This document shows positions 18,717 to 26,721 of a stretch of 39,534 nt of DNA, piece after piece. The translations under genes were made by a program, and so were the position numbers. Each line of letters opens with the position of its first letter. Within the stretch, counting starts at the first letter, position 1. The notes beneath the pieces were generated by a model. That model did not search any database and was not told the origin of the DNA. It saw only the letters and a program-made list of their open reading frames with translations. The stretch comes from an uncultured Lachnospiraceae bacterium (lineage in GTDB: Bacteria; Bacillota; Clostridia; Oscillospirales; CAG-272): NCBI GenBank assembly GCA_964466545.1, contig CAYXNQ010000002.1:1-39534 (forward strand), given 5' to 3'.

Positions 18717-19805
18717 TTATGCCTTGGGATTCTCGGAAGCGAATTTTTTCATAAATTCCACAAGTGCGACAACACCGTCGATGGGCATAGCATTGTATAT
18801 CGAAGCTCTCATGCCGCCGACAGAACGATGTCCCTTTAAGCTTACCAAAGAAGCTTTCGCGGCTTCGGCAGCAAATTTCTTATCAAGCTCCGCATCTCCG
18901 GTAACGAATGTAACATTCATCATCGAACGGCTTTCGGGCTGTACCGGCGCAATATAATAATCTTGAGAATCGAGGTAATCATATAAAAGTGCGGCTTTCT
19001 TTTGGTTCATTTTTTGCACCGCTCCCAATCCACCGAGCGATAAAGCCCACTCGAACACAAGACCGGCAATATAGATCGAATAGCATGGCGGGGTGTTGTA
19101 CATTGAACCGTTGTCAGCCATAAGTTGATAATTGAGCACGGACGGTGTTATCGGCATAGCATGTCCGAGGAGATCGTCACGAATGATTACGATTGTTACG
19201 CCGGCAGGAGCAACGTTTTTCTGCGCACCGGCATAGATAACTCCGAATTTACTTACATCGACCGGCTCTGATATGATGCAGGATGACATATCTGCAACAA
19301 GAGGAATGTCTCCCGTGTCTGGAATATAATTATACTTCGTTCCGTAAATCGTATTGTTATAACAAATATGAACATAATCTGCGTCATGACGGAACATATC
19401 ACGCGTTACCGCGGGAATTTTTGAAAAATTTACGTCCTTGCTTGATGCAACAGCTACCGCGTCACCGTATTTTTTAGCTTCTTCAAATGCTTTGGTAGAG
19501 AACTGTCCCGAAAGAATGTAGTCGGCTTTTCCCGATTTTGTCATCAAGTTCATCGGAATTGCGGCAAACTGACCGGATGCTCCGCCTTGCATAAACAGCA
19601 CGCGATAGTTATCCGGAATCTTCATAAGCTCTCTGAGTTTAGACTCCGCGTTTTTTATGATAGCATCATAAGTACCGGAGCGATGACTCATCTCCATAAC
19701 CGACATTCCGGTTCCGTTATAATCGATAAGCTCAGAGGCTGCTTTTTCAAGCACCGGCATCGGAAGCATCGAGGGACCCGCCGAGAAATTGTAAACTCTG
19801 TTCAT
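18717..19805 (-). CDS. serC: Phosphoserine aminotransferase
   Basis: N-terminus YNFSAGPSMLP. PLP-lysine region YAGAQKNVAPAG. Confidence 0.92.
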   Translation of the reverse strand: MNRVYNFSAGPSMLPMPVLEKAASELIDYNGTGMSVMEMSHRSGTYDAIIKNAESKLRELMKIPDNYRVLFMQGGASGQFAAIPMNLMTKSGKADYILSGQFSTKAFEEAKKYGDAVAVASSKDVNFSKIPAVTRDMFRHDADYVHICYNNTIYGTKYNYIPDTGDIPLVADMSSCIISEPVDVSKFGVIYAGAQKNVAPAGVTIVIIRDDLLGHAMPITPSVLNYQLMADNGSMYNTPPCYSIYIAGLVFEWALSLGGLGAVQKMNQKKAALLYDYLDSQDYYIAPVQPESRSMMNVTFVTGDAELDKKFAAEAAKASLVSLKGHRSVGGMRASIYNAMPIDGVVALVEFMKKFASENPKA

Positions 19806-19836
19806 AGTTAGTTACCTCGCATAAATTGATGGGATA

Positions 19837-19865
19837 ATTATATCACTTTAGCGCGCTAAAGTCAA
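19837..19865 (-). promoter_or_regulatory. SigmaA promoter of serC-serA, TTGACT-17-TATAAT, with an embedded 18-bp palindrome
   Basis: On the minus strand, -35 is at 19865-19860 and -10 at 19842-19837. The perfect palindrome ACTTTAGCGCGCTAAAGT (19845-19862) fills the spacer. Confidence 0.65.
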
Positions 19866-19933
19866 TGTGATGATACTAAAATAATGACGAAAATTTATAG
19901 ATTAATCGAAAACAAGCTATGTACAGTGACGAA

Positions 19934-21169
19934 TTATCTGAATCGAATATTAGCTTCCGGAAGCATTTTTTCAATACGCTCAAGCTTAATTGATGATACT
20001 TTATATGAAGCTTGTACGTGAACGTCGTCGCCAAAAGCATTTTCAAGCTCGCTGACAAATTTATCCGATACCTTGTAAGTGACCGGATCATATACGCTGT
20101 CGGTTACATGATTGTATTCTTTTGCAGTTTCGCCTATATTGAGGGCGAGCTCTTTTTCAGACGTTGTATCAATGACTGCCGGTGTATTATCGGCGCAAAT
20201 GTAATCAATTGCGGATTTTGCGGAGCGCTCTGCCAACGCAATATCATTTGAATCAAGAACATAAGGTGAAGTACGGAGAAAATCGTTTGATTCAAACACA
20301 TGGACGTTTTTAAGAAGATTTTCTCTGGCGGTATAGGCTATATATGACGATAACTCATGCTTATAAAGCGAACCGTAATTGTCGTGCGATATATCGTATT
20401 TCGGGAAGAAGTAAGTTCCTTTTTCGTTTGTTGCGCCGCAGGGCAGTACTGTCAAAGCGACATTTGATTCATTTTCGAGCACAGGTACCGAACGAAGAAC
20501 AAAGTCGCTTCTGTTGAACGGAAATTCGGGAACAAACGTGAGAGCCGAGCAACGCTTTCCGTTAAAGCTTGCAAGCGAAGTGGCGATCGACAGCCAGCCG
20601 GTGTGCAGTTCGGGCGTCTCGAAGATCATGACAGCCCGTTCGTTTGTGTGCGAAGCAATATCCGCATAAGCGGCAGCAAGATTGGTTGCTACGAATTTAG
20701 CGGCTGTGCGATATCCGAGGTTGAATGATGTCGTTTTTACGTCGTTGTAAGAAGATACGGGAATAACGGCAAACGCGAGCTTATGTGAAAGCTCAACTGA
20801 ATACGCAACGATCTTTTCAGCCAGCACAACGCCGCCCTTATCGCAAAGCATAATCATGTGGGTAATGTTATGCGCTGACAATACATTAAATATGCGAGTG
20901 TATTCGTATTTTCCGAAATCATACGAAAGATTGCCGCCCGCAGTTGCGAGAACGCAGCCGGGTGTAGTTTTGAGGCTATTGATGTCGCAATCGCAAACGT
21001 TTGTCAAATCGGCAATATTTTCATCTATAATTCCGTACAAACCGCCGATCGCACCGTAAATCTCGGAGAATTTTTTCGATGCTTTTGCGTTATCAATAAG
21101 ATTTGCTATCACATTATTTGAAATTGCAGACATTTCTCCGCACTGTACTATAAGTAATTTACTGTTCAT
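19934..21169 (-). CDS. Phosphofructokinase-fold protein with degenerate active-site motifs
   Basis: ATG 21169 is preceded by AAAGGAAA. The protein is collinear with long-form PFK/PPi-PFK (N-terminal nucleotide loop, GGDGS-like, TIDND-like and MGR-like segments, and FPEIPF matched by VPEFPF), but key residues are replaced. Confidence 0.6.
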   Translation of the reverse strand: MNSKLLIVQCGEMSAISNNVIANLIDNAKASKKFSEIYGAIGGLYGIIDENIADLTNVCDCDINSLKTTPGCVLATAGGNLSYDFGKYEYTRIFNVLSAHNITHMIMLCDKGGVVLAEKIVAYSVELSHKLAFAVIPVSSYNDVKTTSFNLGYRTAAKFVATNLAAAYADIASHTNERAVMIFETPELHTGWLSIATSLASFNGKRCSALTFVPEFPFNRSDFVLRSVPVLENESNVALTVLPCGATNEKGTYFFPKYDISHDNYGSLYKHELSSYIAYTARENLLKNVHVFESNDFLRTSPYVLDSNDIALAERSAKSAIDYICADNTPAVIDTTSEKELALNIGETAKEYNHVTDSVYDPVTYKVSDKFVSELENAFGDDVHVQASYKVSSIKLERIEKMLPEANIRFR

Positions 21170-21205
21170 GTTGATATTTTCCTTTGATAAAATGTACTTT
21201 AAGCT

Positions 21206-21234
21206 ATTATAAAACAAATGCACCGAAAAATCAA
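21206..21234 (-). promoter_or_regulatory. SigmaA promoter of the PFK-fold gene, TTGATT-17-TATAAT
   Basis: On the minus strand, -35 is at 21234-21229, the spacer is 17 nt, and -10 is at 21211-21206. Confidence 0.55.
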
Positions 21235-21319
21235 TAGGTTATTGTTTTTTTGCATTTTCATGCAATACTTTTCAAAAATCAACGGTAATAAATATTCGGC
21301 GACAACTTGAAAATTAATC

Positions 21320-21348
21320 TTGACAAATTTCGCGAATAGTGCTATTAT
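21320..21348 (+). promoter_or_regulatory. SigmaA promoter of the antiporter gene, TTGACA-17-TATTAT with a TGn extension
   Basis: -35 at 21320-21325 and -10 at 21343-21348. TG at 21340-21341. Confidence 0.6.
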
Positions 21349-21399
21349 ATGCAGGATATTGTTTTAGGTATTAAGTACTTTTTTGAAAGGATGTTCTCA

Positions 21400-22674
21400 A
21401 TGACAATTTTATTAAGTTTGTCTATCGCGCTTGCAGCCGGCCTGCTTATGTCGCGATTTGTGAAAAAAATAAAGCTGCCGGCGGTCACCGGTTATTTGAT
21501 CGCTGGTGTTTTGATCGGACCGTATTGCTTAGGCAAGCTCGGCATAAACGGACTCGGATTTACATCCAATTCTTCCGTTTCGGATATGAAGATCATATCC
21601 GACGTTGCGCTTGGCTTTATCGCATTTGCTATCGGAAATGAATTTAGGATCACTCAGCTGAAAAAAATCGGAAAACAGGCTACGGTCATTGCAATTTTTC
21701 AGGCAACCGTCGCAACGCTCTTTGTCGATTTAGCGTTGATCGCGCTCCATTTCATAATGCCGGAAGCAGTCTCGCTTTCGACCGCAATAATTCTCGGAGC
21801 AATTGCAGCCGCTACAGCGCCCGCCGCAACACTGATGGTAGTTCGTCAGTATAAAGCGAAAGGACCGCTCACGGATCTGCTTCTTCCCATCGTTGCTTTA
21901 GACGACGCTGTCGGCCTTGTAATATTTTCAGTATCATTTGGCGTTGCAAAAGCAATTGCCGGCGGAAACTTCAGCGTGATTTCGGTATTGGTCAATCCGC
22001 TACTCGAAGTTGTGCTGTCGCTGGCACTTGGATTCGTGATTGGCCTCTTGTTCACGCTCGCCGAAAAGTTCTTTGAATCTAACAGTAAGCGTCTTTCGCT
22101 TGCAGTCACGTTTGTAATGCTGACTGTCGCTCTTTCGATGCTTGAATTTAAGATAGGTGAGATACATATCAGTTTCTCGACGCTTCTCGTGTGCATGATG
22201 CTCAGCACGGTATTTTGCAATATGTGCAATTTCTCCGAGGAGATCATGGGTAAAACGGATAAGTGGACAGCTCCTCTTTTTGTGCTGTTTTTCGTTCTCA
22301 GCGGAGCGGAGCTTGAGTTGAGCGTATTTATGAACATTGCTGTTGTTATCGTCGGCGTCGTATATATCATCTCTCGTTCGCTTGGAAAGATAAGCGGCGC
22401 ATATGTCAGCGCAAAATTCATGAAATGTCCTCCGCAGGTAACAAAATATCTTGGAATAACGCTGTTGCCGCAGGCGGGTGTAGCGCTCGGAATGTCGATA
22501 ACAGCACTTCAATTCGGCGAAGAAGGCAAGCTTGTCAGAAATATAGTTCTTTTTGCAGTGCTTATATACGAGCTTGTCGGACCGTTGCTCACTAAGATCG
22601 CGCTCACAAAAGCAGGCGATATTCACCCGAAGGCTTCGTCAGTTGTTGTACAAACAGACGATGATGACGAATAA
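21400..22674 (+). CDS. Cation:proton antiporter (Na+/H+ exchanger family, CPA-type)
   Basis: ATG 21400 follows GAAAGGA. There are about 12 hydrophobic helices. The N-terminus LPAVTGYLIAGVLIGP is typical of this family. Confidence 0.8.
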   Translation: MTILLSLSIALAAGLLMSRFVKKIKLPAVTGYLIAGVLIGPYCLGKLGINGLGFTSNSSVSDMKIISDVALGFIAFAIGNEFRITQLKKIGKQATVIAIFQATVATLFVDLALIALHFIMPEAVSLSTAIILGAIAAATAPAATLMVVRQYKAKGPLTDLLLPIVALDDAVGLVIFSVSFGVAKAIAGGNFSVISVLVNPLLEVVLSLALGFVIGLLFTLAEKFFESNSKRLSLAVTFVMLTVALSMLEFKIGEIHISFSTLLVCMMLSTVFCNMCNFSEEIMGKTDKWTAPLFVLFFVLSGAELELSVFMNIAVVIVGVVYIISRSLGKISGAYVSAKFMKCPPQVTKYLGITLLPQAGVALGMSITALQFGEEGKLVRNIVLFAVLIYELVGPLLTKIALTKAGDIHPKASSVVVQTDDDDE

Positions 22675-22682
22675 TTAATAAG

Positions 22683-22727
22683 AAAACGCAACCGCGGTTA
22701 AGCTCCGTAGGTTGCGTTTTATCGTTT
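22683..22727. terminator. Bidirectional terminator between the antiporter and the convergent membrane-protein gene
   Basis: AAAACGCAACC (22683-22693) pairs with GGTTGCGTTTT (22710-22720). There are A- and T-runs on both sides. Confidence 0.8.
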
Positions 22728-22730
22728 TAC

Positions 22731-23189
22731 TTATTTTCTTTTATTTCCACTGTCATTTGAATCGGTGAATTGCGCCTCGTATTCGCTCTCTCGCTCTTTT
22801 GAAGCTTTTGTCTTGATCTTGCCGAACAAGAATCCAAATCCAATTCCCGCCGCATAAATGACCGCGTACATTGCCGAGGCCAGTAACGACACGCCGAAAT
22901 TTTTGCTGAATCCGCTCCACAGTATAAAGCAAACGTAAAAAATTGCAGTCGTAACAATAAAATGTATACCGATTCTTATAGCGGGAGACAGCGCTTCTAT
23001 CCTCAACAAGAAATTCACCGAAGCGAACAGAAGCGAAAATGCCATGACCTGAAGCATTGCGCGATAAGTCAATACCGCGCTGTTTTCCATCGGTATAAGC
23101 TCGATTACGGAATATAGAAGAAACCATAAAACAGTAAACACGCACGCGGCTCGGACGCAAAGATTTTTTATAAATTTGGGGATCTTCAA
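22731..23189 (-). CDS. Hypothetical small integral membrane protein (about 4 TM helices, charged C-terminal tail)
   Basis: Strongly hydrophobic translation. The apparent start is TTG with a weak RBS, so the start is uncertain. The equally long overlapping ORF in another frame (22753-23211) is basic and low-complexity and is judged spurious. Confidence 0.6.
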   Translation of the reverse strand: MKIPKFIKNLCVRAACVFTVLWFLLYSVIELIPMENSAVLTYRAMLQVMAFSLLFASVNFLLRIEALSPAIRIGIHFIVTTAIFYVCFILWSGFSKNFGVSLLASAMYAVIYAAGIGFGFLFGKIKTKASKERESEYEAQFTDSNDSGNKRK

Positions 23190-23361
23190 TCAATATCACT
23201 CTTTTCTGCATTTATTCGGGAGATCAGCGAAGTTAAATCTTCACCTTAGAAGAATTATATCATATTTTGTCAAACTTAGCAAGAGAATTTATACAAGAGG
23301 AACGTACGAGATATAATCTCGCAGGAAAGACTGAATTTTGAGTATTAATTCTGACTTTTCA

Positions 23362-23390
23362 TTGACAGCCGAAGAATATTAATGTATAAT
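23362..23390 (+). promoter_or_regulatory. Perfect-consensus sigmaA promoter TTGACA-17-TATAAT upstream of nusB
   Basis: -35 at 23362-23367 and -10 at 23385-23390. Confidence 0.7.
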
Positions 23391-23436
23391 AATTATGTAT
23401 ATACATATTTTACTTTGTTAGGAACGGTATTTATAG

Positions 23437-23859
23437 ATGACTAAACATGAAAAACGCGAGCAAATATATTTGCTTTTGTTTGAAACTGAATTTAACCGCG
23501 ACAAAACTGCAGAAGAAATAATCAACGACGCAATAGAAGCGCGTGATCTGAGCGCAAATCCGCTAATACGAGATACGTATACCGATATATATCGCATGAC
23601 CGAAAAGCTTGACGCGTTTATCAAAACTTACGTTGAAAACTGGTCGCTCGAAAGAATGTCGCCTTCTGTAAGATCTATTTTAAGATTGGCGACTTATGAG
23701 ATCATGTTCACCGATACGCCGCCTAAGGTTGCTATAAACGAAGCTTTGGAGCTTGCGAAAACCTACGACGCTGAATCGTCTCCGGCATTTGTTAACGGTA
23801 TACTTAATAAATTGGCAAAAACCGAAGGCAAGCTTGTCTTAACCGAAAATATCCAATGA
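23437..23859 (+). CDS. nusB: Transcription antitermination factor NusB
   Basis: A 140-aa protein. The N-terminus REQIYLLLFETEF and the segment SILRLATYEIMFTDTPPKVAINEALELAK...FVNGILN are typical of NusB. Confidence 0.9.
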   Translation: MTKHEKREQIYLLLFETEFNRDKTAEEIINDAIEARDLSANPLIRDTYTDIYRMTEKLDAFIKTYVENWSLERMSPSVRSILRLATYEIMFTDTPPKVAINEALELAKTYDAESSPAFVNGILNKLAKTEGKLVLTENIQ

Positions 23860-24833
23860 CAGATCGCGAACTATATCTCGGCATAGATACAAGTAATTAC
23901 ACCACATCATTTTCGCTGGTCGATAATGCCGGTAAGGTCGTTTTGAACTTTAAGAAGCTGTTGCCGGTTTCAGAGGGAAAATGCGGGCTTCGCCAAAGTG
24001 ATGCGGTTTTCGCGCATATAAAACAGATACCGGTCGTCGCCGACGTGGTTCGCGATTACATCAGACAAACGGGAACCACTGTAATTGCCGTAGGTTATTC
24101 ACATTCACCGCGAGACGTTGAAGGGTCATATATGCCGTGTTTTCTTCCCGGAGAGGCTGTAGCTTCTTCCGTTTCGGCCGTGCTTGACGTGCCGATGTTT
24201 CATTTTTCGCATCAGGCAGGACACATTCGCGCCGCTGTTTATTCAGCTAATTGTGAAGGACTCCTAAACAGCGCCGAACGCTTTGCCGCAATGCACATTT
24301 CTGGCGGTACGACCGAAATACTGAGCGTTAGATCGCTTGAAGGCAAGCTGGCAATCGACCTTATTGGCGGGACTGACGATATTTCCGCAGGGCAAGCAAT
24401 CGACCGTATCGGCGTTATGATGAATATGCCGTTTCCTGCGGGAAGACACATGGAGCAGGCGGCAAAACAGTATCATGGCGAAATATATAAACCAAAACTT
24501 TCGGTTCACGGTTATTCGTTTAATCTTTCGGGAATTGAAAACATCGCAAAGAAGCTATATTCACAAAATCACGATATTTCCGAGGTTTCGGCATTCACAA
24601 TTGATTTTATCGCACGCACATTAAAGCTTGTGCGCAACAACGTTCTTGCCAAGTACGGAGATATACCTATGATTTTTTCGGGCGGTGTTATGAGTTGTGA
24701 ATACATAAAACAAGCGCTTAATGCGCCTAAAATGTATTTTGCCGCTCCGGAATATTCGTCAGATAATGCTGCCGGTATTGCGCTTCTGACGCGCGATATG
24801 TTCTTACGAGCAAAGTCACTTGAAAATTTATAA
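23856..24833 (+). CDS. TsaD/Kae1-like ASKHA-fold protein (peptidase M22 family paralogue)
   Basis: ATGA overlap with the nusB stop. Motifs GIDTSNYTT, SHQAGH (HxxGH metal site), HISGGTTEIL, DDISAGQAIDRIG, FSGGV and SSDNAAGIA parallel TsaD motifs. Confidence 0.7.
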   Translation: MTDRELYLGIDTSNYTTSFSLVDNAGKVVLNFKKLLPVSEGKCGLRQSDAVFAHIKQIPVVADVVRDYIRQTGTTVIAVGYSHSPRDVEGSYMPCFLPGEAVASSVSAVLDVPMFHFSHQAGHIRAAVYSANCEGLLNSAERFAAMHISGGTTEILSVRSLEGKLAIDLIGGTDDISAGQAIDRIGVMMNMPFPAGRHMEQAAKQYHGEIYKPKLSVHGYSFNLSGIENIAKKLYSQNHDISEVSAFTIDFIARTLKLVRNNVLAKYGDIPMIFSGGVMSCEYIKQALNAPKMYFAAPEYSSDNAAGIALLTRDMFLRAKSLENL

Positions 24834-24854
24834 TGCAATCGGAAAGAGTCGATT

Positions 24855-25091
24855 ATGGAAAAGAATAGCGAATCATACAATTTTGAGACAGCGATCGCGC
24901 GTCTTGAAGAAATAGTTAAGTTGCTTGAAAGCGGAAACGCCGCGCTTGATGAATCGCTTGCGTTGTTTGAGGAGGGCGTTTCATTAGTCAAACTTTGTAA
25001 TTCAAAGCTTGATTGCGCGGAGCAGAAGATCAAGCTTGTCGGAATTTTACCGGACGGGAATTTCAAAGACGAGGATATGCCAAAGCTATGA
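24855..25091 (+). CDS. xseB: Exodeoxyribonuclease VII small subunit
   Basis: A 78-aa protein. FETAIARLEEIVKLLESGNAALDESLALFEEGVSLVKLCNSKL is the canonical XseB helix-hairpin. Confidence 0.9.
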   Translation: MEKNSESYNFETAIARLEEIVKLLESGNAALDESLALFEEGVSLVKLCNSKLDCAEQKIKLVGILPDGNFKDEDMPKL

Positions 25092-25966
25092 TCGATATCA
25101 ATGCATTGCTTAAAGAAAATACTGTAATCGTTGAAAATGCATTGAAGGAGACGTTAGACTGCCAAAACGTAGGGACGTCTTTACTGTCCGATGCAATGCG
25201 ATATGCAGTACTCGGTGGCGGAAAGCGTATCCGTGCATTTTTATGCAGACAATTCGCGAGGCTGTTCGGCGGTAACGTTGCCGCCGCCATTCCGTATGCC
25301 GTATCGCTTGAGTTGCTTCACGCATACTCGCTCGTGCATGACGATATGCCGTGTATGGACAACGACGATATGAGACGCGGTAAACCCTCGACGCATGCAA
25401 AGTTCGGTGAAGGTCAGGCTTTGCTCGCCGGAGATACACTGTTAACGCTGGCTTTCCAAGTCGCGCTTGAAAATAAATACGTTTCCGATGCATCGGCACG
25501 TGCTGCCGCAGGCGAGCTTGCGCGTTCGGCAGGGGTGCTCGGAATGTGCGGCGGACAGCAGATAGACTTGACCTGTTCTGCCGCGAATTATGACGAGCTG
25601 AAGAATCTTCATCGCATGAAAACGGGAGCTTTAATTTCTGCTTCATGCGTTATGGGGGCTTACAGCGCAACGCTTCCTACCGACGAAGATTTGGCAAAAA
25701 TCCGCGATTACGCTTACTCTATCGGGCTTGCGTTTCAGATCGTTGACGATATTCTTGATGTCACCTCGACACCGGAGATTCTCGGAAAGCCCATCGGAAG
25801 CGATTCTGAAGAAGATAAGATCACAGTGCTTTCGTTTTTATCGGTCGATGAAGCAAGGGATGAAGCCGAGCGACTTACCGAACACGCAAAAAATGTCATC
25901 CGCGATTTTGATTCAGCGGAAATATTGACCGCCTTTGCCGATTATCTTTTATTTCGCGACAGATGA
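25088..25966 (+). CDS. ispA: (2E,6E)-farnesyl/geranyl diphosphate synthase
   Basis: ATGA overlap with xseB. First Asp-rich motif LVHDDMPCMDNDDMRRGKPS and second motif FQIVDDILD. Confidence 0.9.
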   Translation: MIDINALLKENTVIVENALKETLDCQNVGTSLLSDAMRYAVLGGGKRIRAFLCRQFARLFGGNVAAAIPYAVSLELLHAYSLVHDDMPCMDNDDMRRGKPSTHAKFGEGQALLAGDTLLTLAFQVALENKYVSDASARAAAGELARSAGVLGMCGGQQIDLTCSAANYDELKNLHRMKTGALISASCVMGAYSATLPTDEDLAKIRDYAYSIGLAFQIVDDILDVTSTPEILGKPIGSDSEEDKITVLSFLSVDEARDEAERLTEHAKNVIRDFDSAEILTAFADYLLFRDR

Positions 25967-25969
25967 TTT

Positions 25970-26698
25970 ATGAGAATAGACGTATTAATGGCACAAAAAA
26001 AGCTTGTCGCTAGCCGATCAAAAGCTCAAGAATTTATAAGATCCGGATACATATATGTAAACGGTGCGCGTATTGACAGACCGTCATTTGATTTAGACGA
26101 ATGCGAAGCCGATAATATTCAAATCATCGGGGCTTACGATTTTGTAAGCCGCGGCGCCTTAAAACTTAAGCAAGCTATTGACACTTTCGGTATAGAACCG
26201 CGCGGTAAAATATGCTGCGATATCGGGGCTTCGACCGGCGGCTTTACGGATTGTCTTTTGAAACACGGAGCCATTAAAATAATCGCCGTTGATTCAGGCG
26301 AAGGTCAGCTTGCCGAATCGCTATTGCACGATCCGAGAGTACATTCGATCGAGAAGTTCAACGCAAGATATATATCACGCGAAGCAATCGGAGCCACTTG
26401 CGATATTGTAACCTGCGATGTGTCGTTTATTTCGCAAACTCTTATAATTCCGGCTGCCGCGACGCTCCTCGAACCAGGCGGAGAATACATATCGCTGATC
26501 AAGCCGCAATTTGAACTCACCCAAAATGAGATCGGAAGCGGCGGGGTAGTACGTTCGCCAAAAGCTCGCGACGCAGCAATTAAACGAGTAACGGATTGCT
26601 TTACAGCTCATTCATTTTCGGTTATCGGAATTACAGATTCACCTATCTGCGGCGGCGATGGAAATCACGAATATTTAATATATTCTAAGAAGCTCTGA
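25970..26698 (+). CDS. tlyA: TlyA-family rRNA 2'-O-ribose methyltransferase (S4 domain plus FtsJ-like)
   Basis: N-terminal S4-like segment (RIDVLM...SRSKAQEFIRSGYIYVNG). SAM loop DIGASTGGFTDCLL. Confidence 0.85.
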   Translation: MRIDVLMAQKKLVASRSKAQEFIRSGYIYVNGARIDRPSFDLDECEADNIQIIGAYDFVSRGALKLKQAIDTFGIEPRGKICCDIGASTGGFTDCLLKHGAIKIIAVDSGEGQLAESLLHDPRVHSIEKFNARYISREAIGATCDIVTCDVSFISQTLIIPAAATLLEPGGEYISLIKPQFELTQNEIGSGGVVRSPKARDAAIKRVTDCFTAHSFSVIGITDSPICGGDGNHEYLIYSKKL

Positions 26699-26721
26699 TT
26701 TTTTCGAGCTAAAGGAGCATT

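Noticed and set aside
18199-18957. A 252-aa ORF antisense to serA/serC
   Set aside because: It spans the serC-serA junction on the opposite strand. The translation is proline/serine/alanine-rich and mirrors codon bias. There are no start signals.
21846-22626. Two long antisense ORFs (191 and 208 aa) inside the antiporter gene
   Set aside because: These are shadow ORFs of a hydrophobic membrane-protein gene. There are no signals and no recognisable domains.
22753-23211. A 152-aa ORF overlapping the small membrane-protein gene in another frame on the same strand
   Set aside because: The translation is basic and low-complexity. The alternative frame gives four clean hydrophobic helices and ends just before the bidirectional terminator.
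24569-25066. A 165-aa ORF antisense to the end of the TsaD-like gene and to xseB
   Set aside because: It overlaps two well-supported plus-strand genes. It is Ser-rich and has no signals.
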